From Acidobacteriota bacterium (lineage in GTDB: Bacteria; Acidobacteriota; Vicinamibacteria; Vicinamibacterales; UBA2999), in the NCBI GenBank assembly GCA_013140775.1, contig JABFSA010000085.1:8237-72236 (forward strand): 64,000 nt of DNA, given 5' to 3'. A program made the translations under genes and the position numbers. Of this stretch, positions 17,537 to 26,008 are shown piece after piece; position 1 is the stretch's first letter, and each line of letters begins with the position of its first letter. The notes below the pieces were generated by a model that saw only the letters and a list, made by a program, of their open reading frames with translations, made no database searches and was not told the DNA's origin.

Positions 17537-18346
17537 TTACCGGCTCGCGGTCCAGTTGCGCTGCTGCCCGCCGCTCTGTGTGGTGCCTTCGATCCGGTTA
17601 CCCGTAACGCGACCGGTGTATTCAAGCGCGCCCACGGTGAACCGAATCTGATCGCCGCGGAGCCGGCCGCCTGCGATCGGCGTTCCTCCCAGGGTGCCGC
17701 TCAGCATCTGAAAGTCCTGCGTCAGGTTCAAGTCGCCTTGATCGAGCTTCCAGACACCGCCCACTTTCGCCGGGACGATCCAGAGGTGTGCTGTGCACCA
17801 TGCGCTGCATCCCTCAATGGACACCGTTTCATCGGGGGTCCAGCCTTCGATACCAAATGTGTTCGAGACGATACGGCTTCCTGGTCGAAGGTCGAGAAAC
17901 TTCTGGCGAAGCTGGAGCATGTTGCTCGGGAGAAGGAACAGCGCGAGCACGTTGGCCTTGGAAATGTCCGCCTGATACATGTCGCCTTCGACGAACCGTG
18001 CCTTGTCGCTGACACCTGCCGCAGCCGCGTTGCGAGTGGAGAGGGCCACCATGTCGGGGTTGTATTCGACGCCGACGGATTGCGCTCCGCGCTTGGCCGC
18101 GCCAATGATGTTGCGCCCGTCACCAGACCCGAGGTCCATCACGAAATCCTGTGGTGTGACCTTGGCCAGATCCAGCATGCGCTCCACAAGTTCCGGAGGC
18201 GTGGGGACCCACACGACATCCTTGCCAGCCTGGCCGACCTCGGGCACGAATTCGGTGGTGGCCTGCGCATACGACGTGGCGGAGGCAATCAGAATGAGCG
18301 CGATGACCGTCACCGCGCGACGCAGCATCTTCGAGCACTGGATCAT
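17537..18346 (-). CDS. class I SAM-dependent methyltransferase with N-terminal signal peptide
   Basis: The SAM-binding motif is VMDLGSGDGRNII, followed by VGVEYN. The signal-peptide-like N-terminus is (MIQCSK)MLRRAVTVIALILIASATSYAQA. The start is ATG 18346 (GAGG 7 nt upstream), or alternatively 18364 or 18328. Confidence 0.8.
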   Translation of the reverse strand: MIQCSKMLRRAVTVIALILIASATSYAQATTEFVPEVGQAGKDVVWVPTPPELVERMLDLAKVTPQDFVMDLGSGDGRNIIGAAKRGAQSVGVEYNPDMVALSTRNAAAAGVSDKARFVEGDMYQADISKANVLALFLLPSNMLQLRQKFLDLRPGSRIVSNTFGIEGWTPDETVSIEGCSAWCTAHLWIVPAKVGGVWKLDQGDLNLTQDFQMLSGTLGGTPIAGGRLRGDQIRFTVGALEYTGRVTGNRIEGTTQSGGQQRNWTASR

Positions 18347-18380
18347 TGGGAACCTCGTTGGCACAGAGAGGGATTATGCC

Positions 18381-19400
18381 CTAGGTTCGCTCCGGCTCCC
18401 ACCGGCGCCCGAAGCCGATCAAACGGTCGAGAAGCCGTTCGTACGACAGACCGCTCATCTCGGCCGATTCCGCAAAGTCTTCCCCGAAGGCAAGGTTGGG
18501 GTTTGGGTTGGCCTCGAGTACATACGCCCGGCCGCGTTCTTCGTCGAATCGCAGATCGATGCGGGCGTACCCGCTGAGATCGAGCGAGCGATACGTCCTC
18601 GTGGCGATGCGCTGAATCTGGCTCAGGACGTCCGGCGGCAGAGTCGCCGCCGCGGTCATGATGCCGTGACGCTTCTGATACTTGGTGCTCCACTTGAGCC
18701 GCTCGGTCGCAATCCTCCATCGGTTGTCCTGCACCCCCGCAAAAGACATTTCCCAGACGGGGAAGACGCTCAACCGCGTATTGCCGACCACTCCCACGTA
18801 GAGCTCGCGTCCATCGATGAACCGTTCGACGATCGCCGCCGTGCCGAGGCTGTCGTGGATGAATTGCACACGACGCGCGAGCTGGTCCTCGTTCTCGACG
18901 ACCGAGGCCTGAGAGATGCCCGCGGACGCTTCGAAGAACAGGGACTTGACGATGAGAGGGAAGCGAAGGCGCTTGGGAAGCACCGCGCGGCGTCCACGTC
19001 GGACGACCGTGAACTCAGGCACCGGGATTCGATGGTAGGCCAGCAGCTTTTTCGAGAGGGCCTTGTCCCGGGCCAGGATGAGCCCCCGAGGGTTGCATCC
19101 CGTGTACGGCAGACGCAAGAGCTCGAGGTAGCTGACGACGTTTTGATCGAACGTTGTGACGCCAGCAAACGCCTCCATCAGGTTGAACACGATGTGCGGC
19201 TTGAAGTGGCCCGCGGTTGGCCGGATCGCGCCAAGCTCGTCGTGAAGGCCAAGGACGCGGACCTCGTGTCCCATCTCACGCAAGGTCTCGACGACGTCGT
19301 ACTCCATCTTCCATTCGGCTTCGAGCACGTCGATACCGGTGGTGTCGTCAGGTGGCACGAGATGGTCGTGTACAAGAGCGAGGATGCGAAGAGATTTCAT
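18381..19400 (-). CDS. ATP-grasp enzyme of the D-Ala-D-Ala-ligase / RimK-like family
   Basis: 339 aa with an MKSLRILALVH N-domain. ATP-grasp elements are PLIVKS...AS.GI, VERFIDGRELYVGV and RIDLRFDEERGRAYVLEANPNPNL. The ATG shares one base with the upstream stop (TGATG at 19398-19402). Confidence 0.85.
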   Translation of the reverse strand: MKSLRILALVHDHLVPPDDTTGIDVLEAEWKMEYDVVETLREMGHEVRVLGLHDELGAIRPTAGHFKPHIVFNLMEAFAGVTTFDQNVVSYLELLRLPYTGCNPRGLILARDKALSKKLLAYHRIPVPEFTVVRRGRRAVLPKRLRFPLIVKSLFFEASAGISQASVVENEDQLARRVQFIHDSLGTAAIVERFIDGRELYVGVVGNTRLSVFPVWEMSFAGVQDNRWRIATERLKWSTKYQKRHGIMTAAATLPPDVLSQIQRIATRTYRSLDLSGYARIDLRFDEERGRAYVLEANPNPNLAFGEDFAESAEMSGLSYERLLDRLIGFGRRWEPERT

Positions 19401-20425
19401 CAGAGGAAGATGCGGTGTCCGCCGCTATGCAGGTAGTTCATGACCTGAACGGTGAGCAGCACCGCAAACTCCTGTCGTGCCCGATCTTCAGGGACGGCGA
19501 GTCGGAGCTTCAGTTCGCGGCACCGCGCGATCATGTCTTCGAGAACCTTGTCGATCGTGTACTGGTAGATACCCGTCCAGCCGGCGACCAGTCTGCGCGT
19601 CTGCCGCCGGTTGCGCTCGATGAACTGAGCCGCGGTGATGGCTTCGGCGAACTCCGGGGCCTCGGAGAACAGGCGACGGAGATCCCTGTCGTAGAAATGC
19701 GGATACTCAACGCCGTAGTAGCGGCGTTTGTTGCGATAGTGCTGTCGTAACGTCTTCTTCAGCCGGCGCAGCGGATCGACCTCGTCTCGATTCGTCACGC
19801 GTGGAGGCCGCTGCCTGATGGACGTCATGAGCTCGTCCATGTACTCCAGCTTCTTGAGCGCGGGCCATCCGGCATAGCGCGGCCGCCATTCACTCGTCGG
19901 CGTCAGCCAGACGGCGAAGGTTTCGGCGAAGTCCTCGTCAGGGTGACTCTGTGCGTACCACGCATCGAGATGGAGTACGAAGCTCTTGCTGTAGGGCCGC
20001 GGCGTGTAGAACTCGGGGTAAGGCTCCGACGGCAGGCCGAAGATACTGCGGCGCTGACGGCGAAGTCGCAGGCGAAATGTGTTGTCGAGTGCATGGCCGG
20101 CTTCGTGGCGGAGGATGCGCATGCACCACTCGTACTCTCCGCCTTCCACTTCCAGGACCTGCGCCTCTTCGAGCTTTGCCAGCCGAGGGTGGGCGAGATA
20201 GAAAGGAATCGCGATCGAACAGGTCCCATCGGGCGTGAACCATTCGTCCGAAAGATAGAAGTGGAGCGGGGCCTGGAGGCCGCGGGCTTCCAGTTCGCGG
20301 CCAAGCTGTGCGACACGTTCGGCGAGCTCGCCCTCGATGGTGAGCGGCAGCTCGGCCAGTCGCAGGTCCAGAAGCGCCTCGTCGTCCAGTTCCGCCCAGT
20401 CCTCCCGGAGGGGAGCCCGTACCAT
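19400..20425 (-). CDS. putative zinc-binding metallopeptidase-like protein (HEAGH)
   Basis: 341 aa. The HExxH motif sits in CMRILRHEAGHALDN, with downstream DEDFAETFAVWL. It resembles the Pfam family 'putative zinc-binding metallo-peptidase' (from memory). Confidence 0.75.
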   Translation of the reverse strand: MVRAPLREDWAELDDEALLDLRLAELPLTIEGELAERVAQLGRELEARGLQAPLHFYLSDEWFTPDGTCSIAIPFYLAHPRLAKLEEAQVLEVEGGEYEWCMRILRHEAGHALDNTFRLRLRRQRRSIFGLPSEPYPEFYTPRPYSKSFVLHLDAWYAQSHPDEDFAETFAVWLTPTSEWRPRYAGWPALKKLEYMDELMTSIRQRPPRVTNRDEVDPLRRLKKTLRQHYRNKRRYYGVEYPHFYDRDLRRLFSEAPEFAEAITAAQFIERNRRQTRRLVAGWTGIYQYTIDKVLEDMIARCRELKLRLAVPEDRARQEFAVLLTVQVMNYLHSGGHRIFL

Positions 20426-20559
20426 GCCGCGATCTTATCGCGAGGGATCCAGGCGCGGAACTTGCACAAAGCTGCGCAGGCTGGCAGCGTGGATTGAGTA
20501 CCATGCGTTTCGACGGGAGCGGTCCACACAGATGGTTTTGGCAGGCCTGGAGCAGGCCA

Positions 20560-22398
20560 ATGACAGAGGAAACGATGGCGATTGCGGAACAGGAACGCGA
20601 CCGGGCAAAGGTGGAGGCGCAATACACCTGGAACCTCGAGGATGTCTATCCCGACCAGATCACCTGGCGGCAGGAAAAAGACCGCCTGAAGACGACCATT
20701 CCGCGGGTGGGGACCTTCGCGACTCGTCTCGGGGAGTCGCCCCAGATCCTCGCGGAGGCGCTCGAGCTGCGCTTCGCACTCGACAAGGAACTGGCACGCC
20801 TGTACGTCTACGCCAGCATGCTGTCGGACCTGGATACCCGTGAAAGCGAACCGCAGGGGATGCAGCAGGAAATGCAGCAGCTCTATGCGGACTTCGGCGC
20901 CGAAGCGTCGTACATGCAGCCCGAGATTCTGGGGCTTGGAGGCGAAACGGTCGAGCGCTTTCTTGCCCAGGAGCCCCGGCTCGCCCCGTTCACGGTCGTC
21001 TTGCGCGACATCATTCGCCGCGCGGCCCATACGCTGAGCCACGCCGAGGAGAAGATGCTCGCCGACGCGCAGCCTCTCGCGAGCTCGGCGTCCAACATCT
21101 ACGGCATCATCGCCAACGCGGACTTCCCGTACCCCACGATTACGCTGAGCGACGGCCGCTCGATCCGGCTGGATCAGGCTGGTTATGCGAGTGTCCGAAC
21201 GCTGCCGGAACGACGGGACCGCGAGGCGGGCATGTCGGCGTTCTTCACCGCGCTTGGCGGTTTCCGTCGGACGTTCGGCGCAACGACGAATTCAAGCGTG
21301 CAGAAGGCCCTGTTCTATGCGCGGGCACGCAAGTACCGGTCGGCCCTTGAGGCCTCGCTCGACGGGCCAAACATCCCGATCTCTGTCTACATGCGGCTCA
21401 TCGACGGCATTGCCCGACACCTGCCGACGTTCCACAGATACCTGAAGCTGCGCAAGCGCATGATGGGCATCGAGGACGACCTGCACTACTACGACCTCTA
21501 TGCACCGCTCGTGGCGTCGGTGAATCTGCGGTACACACCCGACGAGGCGGAACGGCTCGTCGTGACTGCCATGAGGCCGCTCGGTGCCGACTACGTGGCC
21601 GTTCTCCAGCGGTGCTTCCGAGAGCGCTGGCTGGACTGGTACCCGTCCACCGGCAAGCGCTCGGGCGCGTACTCGAACGGCGGCGCGTACGACGTCCATC
21701 CATACATCCTGCTGAACTATCTCGGTCAGTACAATGACGTGAGCACGCTGGCCCACGAGCTGGGCCACACGATGCACAGCTACTACTCGAACAAGACCCA
21801 GCCGTACCAGACGGCGGACTACTCGACGTTCGTGGCAGAAGTAGCCTCGACGTTCAACGAGGCGCTGCTCATCGACCATGTGCTCAAGCACATCTCGGAC
21901 GGACCCACGCGGCTGTCCCTGCTGGGGAGCTATCTGGAGAACATCAAGTCAACGGTGTTTCGCCAGACACAATTCGCGGAATACGAGCTTCGCGTGCATG
22001 AAATGGCCGTGCGGGCAGAGCCGATTACCGGCGACTCGCTCGCGGAGCTCTATCTGGACATCACACGACGCTTCTACGGACACGCGGATCGCATTGTCGT
22101 CGTTGACGACTACGTGGCGAACGAGTGGAGCTACATTCCGCACTTCTACAGTGAGTTCTACGTCTTCCAATACGCCACGTCGTTCACGGCGGCTGAAACG
22201 CTGGCCGCTCGAGTGATCGCCGGAGACGCGGCGGCGACGAAGAGGTTTCTCTCGTTCCTGAGCTCCGGAAGCTCGAAATACCCGATTGAGCTCCTGCAGG
22301 ACGCCGGCGTTGACATGACAACTGACGAACCGCTGGATCAGACGATGCGGACCATGAACCGCATCATGGACGAGATCGAGGGAGTCCTCGGAAGCTGA
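20560..22398 (+). CDS. pepF: oligoendopeptidase F (M3B family)
   Basis: HELGH lies within TLAHELGHTMHSYY, and overall M3B-type length fits. ORF 20494 is trimmed to ATG 20560 (MTEETMAIAEQ...), because the upstream part overlaps the divergent promoter region. Confidence 0.9.
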   Translation: MTEETMAIAEQERDRAKVEAQYTWNLEDVYPDQITWRQEKDRLKTTIPRVGTFATRLGESPQILAEALELRFALDKELARLYVYASMLSDLDTRESEPQGMQQEMQQLYADFGAEASYMQPEILGLGGETVERFLAQEPRLAPFTVVLRDIIRRAAHTLSHAEEKMLADAQPLASSASNIYGIIANADFPYPTITLSDGRSIRLDQAGYASVRTLPERRDREAGMSAFFTALGGFRRTFGATTNSSVQKALFYARARKYRSALEASLDGPNIPISVYMRLIDGIARHLPTFHRYLKLRKRMMGIEDDLHYYDLYAPLVASVNLRYTPDEAERLVVTAMRPLGADYVAVLQRCFRERWLDWYPSTGKRSGAYSNGGAYDVHPYILLNYLGQYNDVSTLAHELGHTMHSYYSNKTQPYQTADYSTFVAEVASTFNEALLIDHVLKHISDGPTRLSLLGSYLENIKSTVFRQTQFAEYELRVHEMAVRAEPITGDSLAELYLDITRRFYGHADRIVVVDDYVANEWSYIPHFYSEFYVFQYATSFTAAETLAARVIAGDAAATKRFLSFLSSGSSKYPIELLQDAGVDMTTDEPLDQTMRTMNRIMDEIEGVLGS

Positions 22399-22426
22399 GA
22401 CGCAGGAAGCGGGGTCGCAGTCCGAT

Positions 22427-23341
22427 CTAGAGGATGTTCTGTCCCAGGGCCGAGAGCGCGAGTTCCGTGGCGAGGAGCGCCGTCGCATTGCGCACGTCGA
22501 GTGTCGGGTTGACTTCGACAAGATCGAGCGCCAGGAGTTGCCCGGAGTCTGCGATGAGCTCCATCAAGAGGTGCGCTTCCCGATAGTCGAGGCCGCCTTT
22601 GACAGGGGTGCCGACTCCCGGAGCGATCGAGGGGTCGCAGACGTCCATATCGAAAGACACGTGTAGTCCGCCCGTCGCTGCAGTGGCCAGGGCAATGGCA
22701 CGCTCGGCGATCGTGGCGATTCCCAGCCGGTCGATATCCTTCATCGTGAACACATGAACGCCGGATTCCCGGATCCGGCTCTTTTCGCGTTCGTCCAGAT
22801 TCCGGATACCAACGAGCACCGTGTGCTGCGGCAATACCGAAGGCGAGACCCCGATAGATGCCAGCTCGACGGGTTCATTCCCCAAGAGTGCCGCGAGTGG
22901 CATTCCGTGTACGTTGCCACTCGTTGTTGACTCCGGGGTGTTCATGTCGCCGTGCGCATCGACCCAGATGAGCCCAAGCGGTTGGGCGGAGCTGCGGCGC
23001 ACCCAGTGAGCGCTCGCGGCAACCGATCCGGCGGCGAGACTGTGATCGCCGCCGAGTACCAGGGGAAGGGCGCCAGCCTCAAGCGATCGAACTGCCGTGG
23101 CGTAGAGCCGTTCGCAGACCTGGGCAATCTCCCGCACGTACTTCTTCTTTGGGTCAACGGCCTCTTGAGTTTCCGGTATCGGCGTTGCGATGTCGCCTGT
23201 GTCGATGACCGCGCGCCCGAGCTGTGCGATGCGCGGGGCGATCCCGGCAATACGGCACGCGGACGGGCCCATGTCGACGCCTCGGCGGCCGGCACCGAGA
23301 TCCAGTGGCACACCGATGAGATGCACTGGCTTCATGCTCAT
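22427..23341 (-). CDS. rocF: arginase
   Basis: Motifs are GGDHS, DAHGDMNTP, SGNVHGMPLA and SFDMDVCDP. ATG 23341 overlaps the hemY stop in ATGA. Confidence 0.85.
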   Translation of the reverse strand: MSMKPVHLIGVPLDLGAGRRGVDMGPSACRIAGIAPRIAQLGRAVIDTGDIATPIPETQEAVDPKKKYVREIAQVCERLYATAVRSLEAGALPLVLGGDHSLAAGSVAASAHWVRRSSAQPLGLIWVDAHGDMNTPESTTSGNVHGMPLAALLGNEPVELASIGVSPSVLPQHTVLVGIRNLDEREKSRIRESGVHVFTMKDIDRLGIATIAERAIALATAATGGLHVSFDMDVCDPSIAPGVGTPVKGGLDYREAHLLMELIADSGQLLALDLVEVNPTLDVRNATALLATELALSALGQNIL

Positions 23342-24744
23342 GATCTCCCTCTCGTTGCCTGGTGGGGCTGCGAGGTGTGGGATGCGATGAACGCCGCGGC
23401 ACGTGCCGCCATCTCACGGCCATCGGCGATGCAGTCAGGGATCCCTATGGCTCGGAAGCCGCTCCCGGCAAGAAACAGCCCCGGCACCTGCGAAAGCCGC
23501 TGTTCAATGGTGGCGACGCGCTGAAGGTGTCCGACCTCGTATTGCGGGCTCTGTCTGGTATAGCGATAGAGCCTGCTGAAGACTGGCTCGCCCTGAATGC
23601 CCAGCGTGTCTGAGAGCGCCTGACGTGCGAGCGTGACCAATTCATCGTCCGGGCGGTCGAGTCGATTCGGATCCCGGCCACCGCCGAGAAAGCCGCGCAG
23701 GAGGGCGCACCCGTCCGGTGCGCGCCCCGGCCACTTCGATGTGACCCAGGTGGCGGCCAGCAGGGGGCTGCGCTCGGTGCGGGGAACAACGAAGCCGGTG
23801 CCATTCAAGGGATGGCGGATCTGCGAGCGTCGGTAGCCGAAAGCGACCGTCGCAGTGGACGCGTAGGGGATGGCATCACACAGTGCGGCGAGCGCGGTGT
23901 CGATTCCAAGCAGGAGTCCTGCCGCCACGTATGCCGGAACGCTAAGCACGACGGCACGCGCCCGCACTGTGCCCCGGGACGATTCAATCGTGAACCCTCC
24001 AGCCCGCCGCAGCTCGGTGACGCGCTCTGATAGACGAATCGTCCCGGCGGGAATCGCTGCAGCCAGCGTGTCTACCAGCTCGCGGATCCCGCCTGCGAGG
24101 GACACAAACGCGCCGGTAGAAGCCGTATGCGACGGCGCCCTGGGCTGCGCGCGCACAGAACGAAGCACGCTGCCTGATCGCTGTTCGGCCTCGAGCAGCC
24201 GGGGAAAGAGCGAGCGCATGGAGAGTCGCTCCGCGTCACCCGCATGAATCCCGGCCAGAAGCGGCTCCGCCAGATAGTTCAATGCCTCGGTCCCGAAGCG
24301 CCGGCGCACAAACGAGGCGATCGACTCGTCGCCGTCACTTGACGATCGCGGCACAGCGATTTCGCAGGCCATGCGGAGCTTGCCTCGCCAGCTGAAGAGC
24401 GGCGAACGCGCCAGGGCTCCGAAGCTGATCGGGAAGCCAAGGAAGGACCCCTCTGACAAGGGGCGAAGCACCCCTCCCCGAAGGACGTACGCCGTGCGCG
24501 GCGGCGTGGTCGTGACAAGACGATCCTCCAACCCCAGTTCGCGGCACAGCGCGACGCCTGCGGGCTTCTGGACGAGCAGCGAATCGGGTCCCGTGTCGAC
24601 GACCCAGCCGTCGAATCGTTCGGTGTTGATGACGCCCCCAGGGCGGTCCGCGGCTTCGAGCAGACAGACCGTGAGTCCGCGGAGCCGGAGCTCATAGGCG
24701 GCTGCCAGGCCGGCGATACCGCCGCCGACGATGGCGATGTCAAC
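23338..24744 (-). CDS. hemY: protoporphyrinogen/coproporphyrinogen III oxidase (HemY family); true start codon unresolved
   Basis: The ORF track starts at TTG 24531. My in-frame upstream translation reads ...TTVDIAIVGGGIAGLAAAYELRLRGLTVCLLEAADRPGGVINTERFDGWVVDTGPDSLL, the FAD-binding GxGxxG fold. The 5' boundary is therefore approximate. Confidence 0.8.
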   Translation of the reverse strand, partial: VDIAIVGGGIAGLAAAYELRLRGLTVCLLEAADRPGGVINTERFDGWVVDTGPDSLLVQKPAGVALCRELGLEDRLVTTTPPRTAYVLRGGVLRPLSEGSFLGFPISFGALARSPLFSWRGKLRMACEIAVPRSSSDGDESIASFVRRRFGTEALNYLAEPLLAGIHAGDAERLSMRSLFPRLLEAEQRSGSVLRSVRAQPRAPSHTASTGAFVSLAGGIRELVDTLAAAIPAGTIRLSERVTELRRAGGFTIESSRGTVRARAVVLSVPAYVAAGLLLGIDTALAALCDAIPYASTATVAFGYRRSQIRHPLNGTGFVVPRTERSPLLAATWVTSKWPGRAPDGCALLRGFLGGGRDPNRLDRPDDELVTLARQALSDTLGIQGEPVFSRLYRYTRQSPQYEVGHLQRVATIEQRLSQVPGLFLAGSGFRAIGIPDCIADGREMAARAAAFIASHTSQPHQATRGRS

Positions 24745-24752
24745 GGTCGTGG

Positions 24753-25829
24753 CTACCTGCCTCGTCTGGACGCACTGTGAACGTACTGCGCGAGCATCTG
24801 AACATGCTCAAGGGGTGTCGAGGGCAGGATGCCGTGCCCAAGATTGAAGATGTGACCAGGGCGTCCGCCGACGCGGTCCAGGATGTCCGACGTTTCAGTG
24901 AGCATTCGTGCCGTAGGGCCCAGGAGCAACGTGGGATCGAGGTTTCCCTGCACCGCCCTGTCGGATCCAATCCGCTCCCAGGCCAGATCGATCGGAATAC
25001 GCCAGTCCACTCCGATGACATCTCCACCCGCTTCCCGCAGCTCCGGAAATATCGTCGAGGTACCGGTGCCGAAGTGGATCGTCGGAACGCGACCCTTCAC
25101 GGCATCGAAAATGCGCTGCGTGTGCGGTAAGGCGAACTCGCGATAGTCGGCAGGGCTCAGCGCGCCTACCCACGAGTCGAAAACCTGGACGGCGTCGACG
25201 CCCGCATCGATCTGCGCTCCCAGGTAGTCGGCCACGACCATGGCGAGACGGGAGCACAGACGGTGCCAGGCGTCGGGATGGCCGTACATGAGCGACTTGG
25301 TTCGAGCGAAGTTGTTGGAGTGTCCGCCCTCGATCGCGTACGACGCGAGCGTGAACGGCGCACCCGCGAAGCCGATGAGCGGTACACGCCCGGCCAGTTC
25401 ACGCTGAATCAGTGTGATCGCTTCGAGTACGTGTGCAAGAGCCACCCGAGGATCGAAGTCACGCAGTGCGTCTATGTCGCCGGGCGAGCTGATGGGTCGT
25501 TCAAGCTGCGGCCCTTCGCCTTTGATGAAGTCGAAGGGGAGGCCCATCGGTTCGAGGGGCAGCAGGAGATCCGAGAACAGGATTGCGGCATCGACCTCGA
25601 TTCGGCGGACGGGCTGCAGCGTGACTTCCGTCGCGAGATCCGGGGCCCGGCAGATGTCGAGCAGGGAGTAGCGTTCCCTGAGCGCCCGATATTCGGACAT
25701 GTAGCGACCGGCCTGCCGCATGAACCAGACGGGCGTGACGTCGACCGGTTCTCGCCGGCACGCTTTGAGGAAACGGGATTCAGTCACGGATGTCCTGGGC
25801 GGGGAGACAGGCTCAAGCGGATTCTTCAC
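24753..25829 (-). CDS. hemE: uroporphyrinogen decarboxylase
   Basis: 358 aa with PVWFMRQAGRYMSEYR and the canonical length. Confidence 0.95.
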   Translation of the reverse strand: MKNPLEPVSPPRTSVTESRFLKACRREPVDVTPVWFMRQAGRYMSEYRALRERYSLLDICRAPDLATEVTLQPVRRIEVDAAILFSDLLLPLEPMGLPFDFIKGEGPQLERPISSPGDIDALRDFDPRVALAHVLEAITLIQRELAGRVPLIGFAGAPFTLASYAIEGGHSNNFARTKSLMYGHPDAWHRLCSRLAMVVADYLGAQIDAGVDAVQVFDSWVGALSPADYREFALPHTQRIFDAVKGRVPTIHFGTGTSTIFPELREAGGDVIGVDWRIPIDLAWERIGSDRAVQGNLDPTLLLGPTARMLTETSDILDRVGGRPGHIFNLGHGILPSTPLEHVQMLAQYVHSASRRGR

Positions 25830-26008
25830 GAAAATGCAGCGAATCCGAGGGGCATGGGGTTGACTTTCGGGGCACCCGACCTACGAATGGCAGTGGTGCC
25901 CGGGGCCAGAGGCACGGCCCATTGTGGAACTGTGTCGAAACCCCGTCAAGGCACGCGGGAAATCTCGTGCTATAGTCACCCCCGTTTGCTGACCTTCGAG
26001 AGGACCCG

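Noticed and set aside
17979-19436. 485-aa plus-strand ORF spanning the methyltransferase and ATP-grasp genes
   Set aside because: It is antisense to two motif-supported genes. It is low-complexity and Arg/Pro/Ser-rich, with no recognisable domain. GC-rich shadow frame.
17328-20560. Graspetide/RiPP cluster hypothesis for the ATP-grasp operon
   Set aside because: I could not find a small precursor-like ORF with an RBS in the flanking intergenic regions. The ATP-grasp also looks Ddl/RimK-like rather than microviridin-ligase-like. It is left as an open question inside the finding, not as a claim.
19903-21042. 379-aa minus-strand ORF bridging the peptidase gene and pepF
   Set aside because: It crosses a divergent promoter region and overlaps two genes with clear catalytic motifs in other frames. 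Its sequence is compositionally biased. Rejected as spurious.
24279-24743. 154-aa ORF starting at the TTG just after the hemE stop
   Set aside because: It is the +1 frame of the hemY 5' region and is Ser/Pro/Arg-rich nonsense, whereas the neighbouring frame encodes the GGGIAGL FAD motif. It is kept only as a clue to a possible indel at the hemY start.
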